Source: Adineta vaga (lineage: Eukaryota; Animalia; Rotifera). From it: a stretch of 64,000 bases of DNA. The DNA lies in assembly GCA_021613535.1 (NCBI GenBank), contig CP075497.1, positions 5,084,001 through 5,148,000 of the forward strand, given 5' to 3'. A program made the translations under genes and the position numbers. This document shows, piece by piece, positions 1 to 11,837 of the stretch (within the stretch, counting starts at the first letter, position 1; each line of letters starts with the position of its first letter). The notes under the pieces are model-generated. The model ran no database searches. It saw only the letters and a list, made by a program, of their open reading frames with translations, and had not been told where the DNA came from.

Positions 1-726
1 AATAAGAAAAAGTGTACACTCGAGAATCAGACTCGACTGACGACATCCGTTGTTCGCGTAATTTGACTTTTCCTTAATTGTACGGAAACGAAGACAGAAA
101 AAGACTAATTAAAGACGTTTGAAATATGATGACGATGTTATGTTCGCTTGGTCAAGAACATCAGGAACTAACGAATGTCTCCTAACATTTAAATCGATTC
201 TTGTCAACCTGTCTGTATATATTCAATCAGACGATTAATTGAGGAAATGAAAACAAGACGAGACTTTTGATGATGCCATAGGGAGACATTTTCTCAACAA
301 AAATGATATATTCAAAGAATAAGACAAAAAGAAAGAGGAAATTCATTATCATTAGTAACAACATTCTTTGTCACTTTACGTTGTACTATTATGATTTACT
401 CTAGTGATTCAATAGATTTGTAATGTAGTTATTTCTCATCAATATAATAGAATAAAAAATGAATCAATATTTGATTTTTTTTATATATATTCTAACTTAC
501 TATGACAAGTACTCTTAACATAGATTGTATATGTAATTTAGTTAACATTTTTCTACATGATAGATGTTGCTTGAACTAGTGTCTTACATGAATGTCAAGT
601 TGAATTGAGGTGATACTTTCTATTTTATGTTCTTAGAAGAAAATGTTATAAATTAACTTGCTGATAAAGTAGATTTTAAATAGAAATCTCTTGAATTTTC
701 GATGAATGAATGATTGAATATGTATT

Positions 727-1627
727 TTATTTTGAGAGAAAAGATGGTTCAATTACAAATGAAAATTCATCATAAATATATTCATCATATTTTCCATCAT
801 CTGTCTTCTGTGAGCTAGATTTTACATTCATAATATCATGCATGGCTTTTGTTGCTTTGATAATCAATTTAGGTTGAACATTTGGAATATTATGACCTGG
901 TAATATAGATCAACTTTTGAAGTCATTTTTGCTAATTTTTCTAATGAAATTAGATAATCTTGAAGATTTGTTTCTGGTCGATAGAGAAGAATTGGACCTT
1001 GATAAAAGGTATCACCAACAAATAATAAACGTTGTTTTTCATCAAGAAATGAAATAGAATCTGGTGCATGACCTGGTGTTGAGATAATTTCTAATTCATG
1101 ATCATGTCCAAGAATAATTCGATCACCTTCTTTGACATAGTTATTTATTTGGAAAGGATGGATACGATAGGTTTTACGGTTGAAACCTTTTGGTAAATAT
1201 TTTTCCCAAATCATGCCTGGTTGTAATTCGTTTGAGCTTCGTCAATTGAACCTTTGGCATTCTGTTCAGCAAATTCAGAATGAATACCATAGAGTGAACC
1301 AGAAAAACGCCAATTATCACCAACATGATCATGATGAGTATGTGTATTGATTACTTTCAATGATGTAGATGAAGGAATTAAAAATTCAACTATTTTTCGA
1401 ATATTTTCAATTCCCATTCCTGTATCAATCAGAAGAGAAGATTGAGAACCAATGACAAGATATGATATTGACTCTTCCCAATGATATGGTTCATAAATAG
1501 CAAAAACAGTAGGACGAATACGATAAACTTCAAACCATTTTTGAGATGGAACTGTAACGCGTTCGAGAAGAGAATATTGTGGTCGTGGTAATTTTGAACA
1601 CCAAGCTGGTTTTGTTAAAGAAGACAT
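727..1627 (-). pseudogene. MBL-fold metallo-hydrolase (glyoxalase II/beta-lactamase-like), bacterial-type, interrupted by two 1-bp deletions (pseudogene or consensus error)
   Basis: Motifs LLIDTG, NTHTHHDHVG (HxHxDH), TPGHAPD and FVGDTF lie in ORFs 1211-1627 and 864-1214. Adding one base near 1231-1233 joins them (EAQ-N-ELQPGMIWEK). Adding one near 904-906 restores LPGHN and runs to TAA at 727-729. No coding introns; probable 46-bp 5'UTR intron at 1632-1677. Confidence 0.8.
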
Positions 1628-1925
1628 CAGCCTAAATTAATCTTTGTATAGTTTGACTCAGAATGATATGAACATACCTTTTGGAAATCAATCGAAAGCA
1701 GCATTGATGTATATTCAACATTGTTTATTGAGAAGTTATTCGAATACGAATATTCTATTTATACGTAGTATCATGAGCAGATTTGTCACAGTTTCGATGA
1801 TATCAAAGAAAAAGATAAAATTCTTTCATAATCAAAAGTGAAACTAATACGAAAAAATAAGATGACTCAACATAAACTGTTTACCGTTTATTATTTAAGA
1901 AAAGGTCTCTTATCATGAAAAAAAA

Positions 1926-3352
1926 CTATATTTTCTTATTTGTCATGTTCTGTGTTTTGACAGAACTCTTATTTGCGTTTTTCTTACGAATCTGTTCCAG
2001 AATTTTTTGTTCTTGTTTATACATTCGATAAATGCCGGTGATAATCGTCAAGATAACTGCACCAAAATAGAATGCAAATAGTACAGCAATATCAACATTA
2101 AGTTTAGTATATGAACCAAATAATAGATGACGACCTGCACTAAAACAATGATATAGAGGTAAACCATATCCAACATGATAAAATCTATTCTGTAATTCAA
2201 TAGTTATATTCGTTGACGATGCAGAAAGATTGATAATAAGAAAAAGTGTCAAAGCTATTTGAGCTAAAGCACCTAAATTAATAACAAACAAACTAATGAT
2301 AACAGTAAATGTTACGGTTGCAAGCCAATTAAAAAGCCAAAAACGAATGAATGGAACAGATTTAGTAAAATTAGCAAACCATAATACACATAGACTATAA
2401 ATTAGAGATATAATGAGACCATTAAAAATAGTATTAATAATACGAATGAAGACAATATCAATGATTTTTATTTTGCCAGCAAGTGGTTGAGTTATACGTA
2501 TAGCCATACCGACTAAACTAAGCATAATTAACCATAGAAATAGATATCCTAACGATGTAGCAAGAACACCAGCATAAGGTGTTGCTGGATGTAAATTTTT
2601 ATTTGTATAACTAATAGGTAAATATGTTTTATTTGCGAGCGATATAGCTGCGATAATATTAGTTGGCGTCATATTAGAATATTGAGTTATTTGAGATTGA
2701 AGATAACTGGCATAACGAACACTAGCTACAGCAATAGCTGCTCTGATTGGTGGCAGTACATAACCATTAATTGTATTAAAATTACGACCTTCATCATAAA
2801 CTATAGTTACTGCTGAAGAAGGTTGATAGACACTATCTGTTAGATTTCCATTGAGAATAGATTGAAGAATACGATTAAGACGATTACTAATATTCGGATT
2901 CATGAAGACAGAAGCCCAGGCTTTTCCATCTTCGATTTGATCATCGATAGATGATGAAAGATCAGATGGTTGCTGAAAAATCCAATTTAACGTTTGATTA
3001 CCTGATGGTGTATTATGAAATGCTTCCAGAAAGTAACTACCTGCTCGACCATCATCAAAATTAGTGACAAATACATCCAATGATTCAGTATGCCAAATTG
3101 GATTCTACAGAATAATAATTTTTCGAAAACAGTTCAAATGATTAAGTACATTATGATTATATTAATACATACCACACCACTTCCAAGGTAGATAAGTGCA
3201 ATGAGAAGTATAAGTATCCAAAAGAGAACAGATGATCGAATCCAATAGATAATTAATTGACGACGTATTTTCGTTACTTCAGTATCATTAGACCATAGAT
3301 GACGTGGTAAAGGTATTCTTGATGCCTTTTCACTTATTTTTGTAGAGAGCAT
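1926..3352 (-). CDS. SNG1/DUF3533-like polytopic membrane protein (ABC-2-type permease-like), paralog A
   Basis: N-terminal TM ending IYLGSG, intron 3105-3172 (GTATGT..TAG), then NFDDG, GKAWASV, YDEGRN, several TM helices and C-terminal RFYHVGYGLPLYH...RHLLFG typical of fungal SNG1-like proteins. Confidence 0.75.
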
Positions 3353-3523
3353 TTGAAAATATGCGTTCTATAAAGATACAAATAATTAAAAATAATAACA
3401 ATGCAAAGATTATTGGTAAAATATAAATACAATAATAACAACAGAATACATTCAACGAAGCGTAAATAACTTTACCTTTTCCTCTTTTGTTGATCAAAGG
3501 GCGTATATTTTACTTATCAAACA

Positions 3524-5022
3524 ATGCTTTATGGTTATCGTGTAAGCTATATAATTGCAGACGATCCATCGTCGTATCAAACACCCAATATTGAACCTGT
3601 ACACATATGGAATTCATCAAAGGAAGATATTGTTACCATACGCAAGAAACTTCTTCGTCAGTGGTTTTTTGCTTCGATTGAACTCTGGATTCTTATTTTT
3701 CTTATCACATCAATATATTTGGGATCTGGAAGTAATCCAAGTCAGTACACAAATAATCTAGATATTAATATTATTGATTTCGATGGTGATCTCGCAGGTT
3801 ATTATTTCATCAATGCTTTTCGACAAACATTATCTGGTAATTTGACTTTGCATTGGCGTTATAAAGATTCAAGTGATTTTAATCATAATATCGATGAAAC
3901 ACAAAATGAAGTTGAACATGGGAAAGTATGGGCTGCTGTTGTACTCCGCACAAGTACTACACGTCTCATCAATGAAACATTATCTGCTCTTACGGATACA
4001 ACAACAACAATAACACTTACATCACCATTTATCATCACATTACCTATTCTTGTTATATACGGAGATGGACGTAATAGTTTCACAATCAATAATTATGTTT
4101 TACCACCAATACGATCAGCTATAGCTGTAGCCAGTAATCGATATGGCCAGTTTATACGTGATACACTGATTAAGAATCTTTCCTCGTCGATAAACTCTTC
4201 GAAAAATTCTAGTCTACAATTATTGAATACATTTCGACTTGGATCACTTCTTGTTGATCCATTAGGAGCGAAATATCAAAATCTTCATCCTGCTTCTCCT
4301 TTTGTTGGTGTGTATTCGTTTTTTTCTGAACAATGAAGAACAAACTAATTCTTTTCAGGTCAATTGGCTACAACACTCGGTTATATATATCTTTATTTAA
4401 TCTCTGGGATGATTGTTGGTGGTACGATCAAGTTTCTTTCACAGTTCGGTATGTTTATTCATTATTTATTACTAACTTATTATTGATTAGACAAAATTTT
4501 ATTTTCTATCTATTTCTAGTAGGGAAAATTCATTGGTTTGATTTACTTTTCTATCGTATTCTCAATGGTTTTTTTCAAGCGTTTATAATATCACTTATTT
4601 ATTCATTAATCGTTCTTTGGTTCTTCGGCATGAACTCCGGTAGTCTTTTCATGCGTTATTGGATGTTTAATTGGTTATCAATAATGGTATTTGGTATTAT
4701 TATTGTTCTATTCACAATCAATCTTGGTCTTCTAGGAAATTCTCTGTTAACGATTTTCGTTATTCTTATGCTTGCGAGTGCTACATTTCAATTATCGCTT
4801 GAACTTTCACATAAATTCTATCGTTATGGCTATGGATTACCACTTTATCATATTATAAATGGTGCAAGACATCTTCTATTCAACTCATATTCACATTTTG
4901 CTCTTGATATTGGGATACTTCTTATCTATTTAGCTGTTCTTTGGATAGTAGCTATTGTTACATCTATCTATTGGATGAAGAAACAAGAGAAAACAATTGT
5001 GCAAGAAAAGGAACAAAAATAA
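3524..5022 (+). CDS. SNG1/DUF3533-like polytopic membrane protein, paralog B
   Basis: Same motifs as paralog A (IYLGSG, DFDGD, GKVWAAV, YGDGRN, YVLPPIRSAIAVAS, NLHPASP, FYRYGYGLPLYH). Introns 4308-4358 and 4449-4519 join the two ORF-track fragments in frame. Confidence 0.75.
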
Positions 5023-5560
5023 ACGACAAAAAAATAATATGTAACTTCAATTTCAGAAGTTGATAAGTGAATCTTTTATCAAGAGTGATATAAATTAAAC
5101 TAAGATTTTAAAGATTCATTGTGACTTTTCTTCTTTCGCTAGCATAATAATTAATCTAATTCTCACATTGATTATGATCTACTGTAATTTTATTGCATTT
5201 GTTCATACTATTGGTAGATATTTTCATAGAATCAAAATACGTATGTCTTCTTCCGGAACGTCATCATCTCACATCTATTACTAATGATCTACACACAGCT
5301 ATAATTACATATCTAAATCATGAATTTTTTGTAATTATATCCTTGATTATTCATTACTAGAGGATTTTACGGAATTAGAACTATATCTTCAACTACATAT
5401 TTGCTGTTGATTACTCTTTCAAGACTGAAGTGGTACAAGTTTTGAAGATCGATTGTAAAAGAAAATTTTGATATTTATTAAATAAAGAAGACGAATAAAA
5501 AGGAAGAAGACAAAACACACCAAAAGAAAAACACATTCGTTTATATTCAAAATCATTGCT

Positions 5561-7058
5561 TCATCTGGAACAAGATCTTTGTTTATTGAACGATTGTGGT
5601 TTAACATTTTCATCATCTTCTTGTTCTTCATTATGTTCATTAACTGGGGTTGAACTACTCGATGGCAAACAATGAGTCGCTTCAGATATTGTCAAAGGAG
5701 ATTCAGGTGAAGTTGATATTGACCGACAACGTTCATCAAATGATGTTGGAAACATTTTTTCCGGAGTTGACGAAGATGATGATTGAAGTAATTGTGAAAA
5801 AGGATTAAAATAAATCAATGGAAGTGTTGGAGGAGGTGGTGGTGCTGGTAGATTATTATAAACTTGTTCCTCAGATCGATGTGAACTAACTGAACTACAA
5901 GTACTGCTCTTACTACTTGTACTACCACTTGTGGGTAATTGAACAGGTGGATTTCGACTATGATCAACGGATGATGATGTTGATGTTGATGACATTTTTC
6001 GTGTACCTAATTTATGTTCCGCTGCTTCAGCGTTTGATATATTTTCTGTTTTCTTCCATTTTGTTCGACGATTTTGAAACCTAATTAAACAAAAACCAAC
6101 GTGATACATAAGATCTTTTTTATTATCCTTGAAAATTATTAGAAAATTAGTCAACAATTCTGGTTTAAAGAATAAAACGAAACATACTTGACATCTATTC
6201 ATTGATGTCTAGACAAAAATGATTAATATCCAAAAGAAACCTTTTTTTCTTTTCTCATTCTAACTCCTACTGTGGAAATATATATTGATATCATATCAAT
6301 AATAAACTGTCGATCAAAAAATTAACGTTCAGTTTCTATTTATGATAAGATCTGTTCAATAAATAATCATTCTATTTCTATGTAAATTATAATTAATTCT
6401 ACTCGATTAGAATGTTACATTTCAGTTTAATTCATCTGTCATTATCAAAACAAGGAATGACGTCGTCGTTTTTTCTTTCTTCTTTTACTTTCATTCTATT
6501 CTTGTTTGTTAATTAATTATTAGTCAGTTCATATTCTCCTTATTTCATACGTACCAGATTTTAACTTGAGTTTCGGTAACAGTGAGTAAAGTTGCCATCT
6601 CTGCACGTTCAGTTGATGAGAGATATTTCTTATCTTCAAATTTCTTTTCCAATTCAAAAATTTGTTTACCAGTAAATGTAGTTCGTGCTTTTTTCTTTTT
6701 CTTCTTTTGAGGATTAACTAATAAATCTCCATCATCACTATTTGAAAGTGATCGACAACGTTCTATGAAAATAAGAAGAAAGAAAAAACACACAAGATTA
6801 TTTTCATTAGAAAATCGTCCAATACAAACCTTTGTGATTTTTTGTTGGATATGAACAAAGGTCATTTGTTGTTGATGTTTTTGAATCTGCAAGTATATCA
6901 TCAATATAAAATCGGGTGATACGATTATTTGTTGATGGACGATATTTATCTGTATAATGATGAAAATGACGATTTGACGGTATATTTAAAGATAAAAATG
7001 GCCATGTTGTTGTATAACGTTGATAAAGATCATTTGTAGATATTGGCATCATTGACAT
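5561..7058 (-). CDS. NK7: NK7-class homeobox transcription factor (ANTP class, NKL subclass)
   Basis: Homeodomain [48 protein letters not shown]|[10 protein letters not shown] followed by [13 protein letters not shown], closely matching Drosophila NK7.1 including its EAAEHK tail. eh1-like motif RFYIDDIL in exon 1. Three exons with an intron of ~6081-6553 inside the W codon. Start codon uncertain. Confidence 0.85.
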
Positions 7059-10000
7059 GATCGAAGAAAAGAATGGTGTAAGAAAATCTGAAGAGATGTC
7101 GAATATATAGAATATCAACTAATCATATTAAGCGATGGGCACTTTGTGCAAACGCGTTGGCTTTTACTATGACGATTAACAAATTATCAGATGTATATAT
7201 AAAGATAAGATAGCCTCGAGGAATGTCAAGAGAAAAAGGAATGAGAAGAAATGATCATTTGATATCTATCGGTTCTTTCTATGATTGGTTAATCTATTCA
7301 ACATATTAATGAACCAATCGATTAATCTACCTGTTGCCCAATCTCAACGACTTACTTTTCTTAATAGATATGCAAACCTAGAGATGAGATATATACGTGT
7401 GTGTGTCTCTGTCAAACACACACACACTCTCTCTCTGTCTCTCTCTCTCCTCTCATTTGACTTGATTTCTTCCGCTGCATCTTTTACCGTCAAATTCAGT
7501 CATGTGTGAGTAGTGAGTAGCAGCAAAGACGAATCATCGTCACCATCATCCCTCATCATCTCTTCCTCTTCTGACTGCTAAACTCACGCGCGTCAAATTA
7601 CAATTGTCAGGTGTACAAGAGAAGGAAAAGATGATGATAATGCTCCGTTTATTTTCAACGAGCATCAAGCGGAAAGTTGGAAAAGCTTAATGGCTACTAC
7701 AATTTTATTCTCCTTCTTCTTCTTCTTCTATATAACAACGACTAATTGAGAGTCGGATGATGATAATGATGATCATTTCAAATTATCATTCATGCGAAGT
7801 AATATACATACGTCAATAAAAGATACTAAAAACGAGAATGTCTTACTAATGATAATTGATACTTTAGTATATATAATCATTGATCAAACAAAACGTTGTT
7901 GTTTGACTTGTTATAAAGGAAAACCATTAGACTAATGAAGTTAAGTATAGAATAAGAAAAATATTGAGATTATTTTAATCTACATTTTACATTCGGATTA
8001 GTCACTTTCATTTGACTATTATAAATATATGTGTACGCATGAACAAGTAGACAGAGAGGTGTATTAAGTGAGTAATATCGTTCCACTTAGTCATTCTTGT
8101 TTTAACATTACTATCTTCGAACTCATCATCATCATCGTATAGATATTATTTTTCTATGTCTCTCTCTCTCTCCTTCTTATCTCTTCATTTTACTTATAAG
8201 GCACAATCAATTTGAGAGGAAGTATGAAAGAGTTGTTGTTCGAGCAGCAATTAGAGACATTAAATAGGTTCCGCTCTGGCACTCTACGACGTTGTCATCA
8301 TCATCATCGAATCGTGGATAGACACATAGACGACATATAAAAAAAAGAAGAAATAAAGAGAAAAAGACGAAGAAGATATTTTATTCTAATTTGTATACTG
8401 GTGTGATGCTTCAAGCTTCTCACTCACCTTTCTACTTCATTCTATTGTCTGATGTCTATTCAAGTAATTCTAAAAACGTTTATATAATCAAATTGACAGA
8501 TGAATATATTACTAGAATAACTAATAGATATATCTATCTTTCTACCTGAAGAAACAAAACGATAAAGTAACGATGACAAGTCATGAATAAGTAAAAGATA
8601 TATATATCTATCTATAAAAATTTCTCTCTTTTTGCTTCCACTTTTCTCGATGAATATTAATTATAACTGTTTCGATGATAATAATTATGGCTTTATTAAT
8701 CTGAGAAATTAAAAACAGTGTCGATAATTCCGATGACCCTATATATAGAATGAAGATAGATTTATTTAAAGATAAAGAAAGAATGCAATTCTCACTTGCT
8801 CTTGTCGTTTTATATAAATAAATAAATAAATGATATTCATGTTTGTCTTTAATAGATAATCCAAAGAAAAAGAAAATGGAATTCCAACTGTGTCAGATAC
8901 ATTAGTGTAACTATGTAAAGAATCTTGTAATGTATACGATCAATCGAGAAAGAAAAGCATGAGTTATATTTTGAATGATGAATCTATTGAAAAGAGATAG
9001 GAGGTTTGTTTATGATTAACGTGAATTGATCAAGATATCTCTAAATGATGGCAACTAGCTCTTTTGCTTCTATTTCAAGAAAGTTAGATCAACAAAAAAA
9101 ACACGACGAAAGAAGAAAGTGATGCAAGCCATTTAGTATGAATAAGATAATAGACGATAAATATCAATCGCTTTGACCATGTCAAACATCTATGTATATC
9201 AATCTGCATCGATAGAGCAAAGTAGCAGCATATCAACAATCAGATCATCTGGAGCTAATCATCATTGATCGATTGGCGGTATGATTTTCCTTTTTTTTTT
9301 GAGAAAATGTAAGTGAACAATATTAGCTTCACCGAAGGCGATTCTTTGAAGAAGAAATATGTCGATGCACTTTACGTTGCCGACATGACCAGGATTATTT
9401 CATTTATACCATATGGAACGAATTGTTTTGTTTTTGATTAATTTTAGTATTTCAAATGGAAAAGAGTATTTGATATTTTTCTAATATTTATCATCAAATG
9501 TATGATAACATTCTTTCTCTAGTTCTTACTATTAACTACTTAAGAGTATTAAAATAGTTGAGAGCATAAAAACAATTTGATGTCAATTCAAATAGGTATG
9601 ATTTGAAGAATTACATTTGATGAAAATGACAGATAAACCCTTTCAAATAAAGAGAAACTTTTCTGATTTCTCGATGAATACTTTCATATTTTGTCAGCAT
9701 ATTTCAACTAATAACATCATTCTATATAACTGACAAATTTCAATGTCATGATAGTTTAATTGTCAAACAATCGAGTGTTTCTTCTCGGGAAAACTAATGT
9801 AAACAAGATTTCAATCATTCATTTGATAATTGTTATTCTCATAGTCTAGGAATCAACAATACCATTTTTCTGTATGGGTTCTTTCTACGTTCTAGTCAAA
9901 GACATATATCGGCCTAATCGTTTATACATTAACCAGTCTTTTATTTGTTTATTATTGTTCTCTATCTTTATGTATGCATGCATACCAAAACGAACGGAGG

Positions 10001-10658
10001 GACGAAAAAACAAGTTTGAATCAATTAATAATCAAATACAGGGACAATGCGGGAGAGAAACAAAAATCAAATATCCGGTATTCAAAGTCAATATGTATGT
10101 AACACTTATATAGAATTCTATTGATAAGAAGTGCTTTTATTTTTGAAGAAAAACGATTTAGATTAATACAATGAAACAGATATTATTAGACATATCATTA
10201 ACATAGACTAACAAAATACATCGAATGAAAAGTTTGATTTGTAATATGACTAAAGGACATTATATTTTTTCCTTGTAAGCAATCGATAACATATGTTAAA
10301 CCATTGCTGATCTCTCATAAAACCAGTAGTAGTAGTAGTAGTAGTGTTTATGCTGTTAAATTTTCTGTAGAGTTCGATATAGTTCTTGATTAGTTTCCTT
10401 TTCTTCTTTCATGATAAGACTACTATCTGTTTAATCAATTATCACTCAATAACATTAGCCACGCATTCAATCAATATCTTCAGTCTCAAGAGAATCTTGA
10501 CGCGATTATATCGTGTCAGGAAGAATATTTATCAGACACGCATATATTCACACGTATTTTCAGATAGATATAGAATATTATATAAGTGAGTACAAACGAG
10601 AAATGTAAAACACATAAAAAACTTTTTCTCTGTCAACATCCATTAATACTAACAGATT

Positions 10659-10712
10659 TCTTCTTCGTCGTCGTCGTCTTCTTCGTCTCCTTCTTCTTCT
10701 TCTTCTTCTTCT
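10659..10712. repeat. (CTT/CGT)n trinucleotide microsatellite
   Basis: ttcttcgtcgtcgtcgtcttcttcgtctccttcttcttcttcttcttc seen directly; it produces the spurious poly-Arg ORF. Confidence 0.85.
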
Positions 10713-11479
10713 CATCAAGTCATCGTCTTTGACGTTTGCGTTTGACTCCCGTTTTTCTTCGACTATCTCGCTTTTCTTGACTTGCTTGTTAAACAGCACA
10801 AGTGTTTGCATTAATCATGCTCGTTGTCTTTCTTTTTGTTGGACATCAACACTCGAACGAACAAAACGAACGATCGATCGATCCTTAGGAAAGATAGAAA
10901 GAGAGAAGAAAGGAAGAAAAAAAAGGAAGAAAAAGCGTCGTGATGAGAGAAAAGAGAAATTATCTGAATTCTTTGTTAACTGATTTAGTCGTAATAAGAG
11001 ATTATTTCCGTGTATGTCAAAAAAACGAGTAAAAGATATTACTGTTACTGTGTCATTAGCAGGCAGCCTCTCTTGATTTCCTTTGATGTTCATTCTCTGC
11101 GGCTTTTTCAATCTATTTCTTCTTGCGTTCGTCTCCGACTATCTCTAATTGTTATATATACATCTCATCCATGTACAAAGATTCTTTTCTTATTTGCCAT
11201 CTGATAATGCATCGGTTTTTTTGAGTGACATTTAATAATACATGGGCGATAGAAACGGCCAGATGATAATGATGATGGGAACATAGTATATCAGTGGTTG
11301 ACATTTGTTTTCTTCTTCGTAACAAAACAAAGACAAAATCACATGGACCTATTCGCACTAATACTCATTACTATCACAGCGGTTACCATTTGTGGAATTT
11401 GTCTTTTTATTTTTGTTTGTGCTTTTCAACCAAGATTTTTACGGTATATTTTTTTAAAAAGATTGGTATAATCATCACC

Positions 11480-11824
11480 ATGTTTTTCTACTTATTTAGT
11501 AAATTACATGGTAGAACAAGTCGAGCATTTCAAGATACAGAATCTAATGTATCATCGAATAAAAACGAAGAAAATCTTAGTATTAAAAGTCTTGATTTAG
11601 CTTCAACAGCAACATCAGTCGCTGGAATTGATCGAGATAAAAAAGCTTATTTAAAAGCTTTAGAACGAAGTCTTCGAACTGGACAGCCAATTCAAAATCT
11701 TGAAGATAATGATTCAATTAATGACAATTTATCACATTCAAAACCATCAAATTCTATTTCGCGTTTTATTAATAAACATATACGTCGAAAAACAACTGTC
11801 GGAAATGATAACACTGATTCATAG
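11480..11824 (+). CDS. Small hydrophilic hypothetical protein (~114 aa)
   Basis: Open frame MFFYLFSKLHGRTSRAFQD...DRDKKAYLKALERSLRTGQPI...DNTDS* with codon usage like neighbouring genes. No domain recognised. Confidence 0.5.
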   Translation: MFFYLFSKLHGRTSRAFQDTESNVSSNKNEENLSIKSLDLASTATSVAGIDRDKKAYLKALERSLRTGQPIQNLEDNDSINDNLSHSKPSNSISRFINKHIRRKTTVGNDNTDS

Positions 11825-11837
11825 AACAAAACAAACA

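Noticed and set aside
864-1627. Two-gene bacterial operon with ATGA overlap, or Sec read-through at TGA 1211
   Set aside because: The two ORFs are halves of one MBL domain in different frames, so read-through cannot join them but a 1-bp indel does.
727-5022. Bacterial or fungal contaminant sequence
   Set aside because: Base composition and short GT-AG introns match the flanking animal genes; linkage should still be confirmed with long reads.
10578-11358. Poly-Arg and Lys/Phe-rich ORFs
   Set aside because: They arise from a CTT/CGT microsatellite and purine/pyrimidine tracts, with no coding-like composition.
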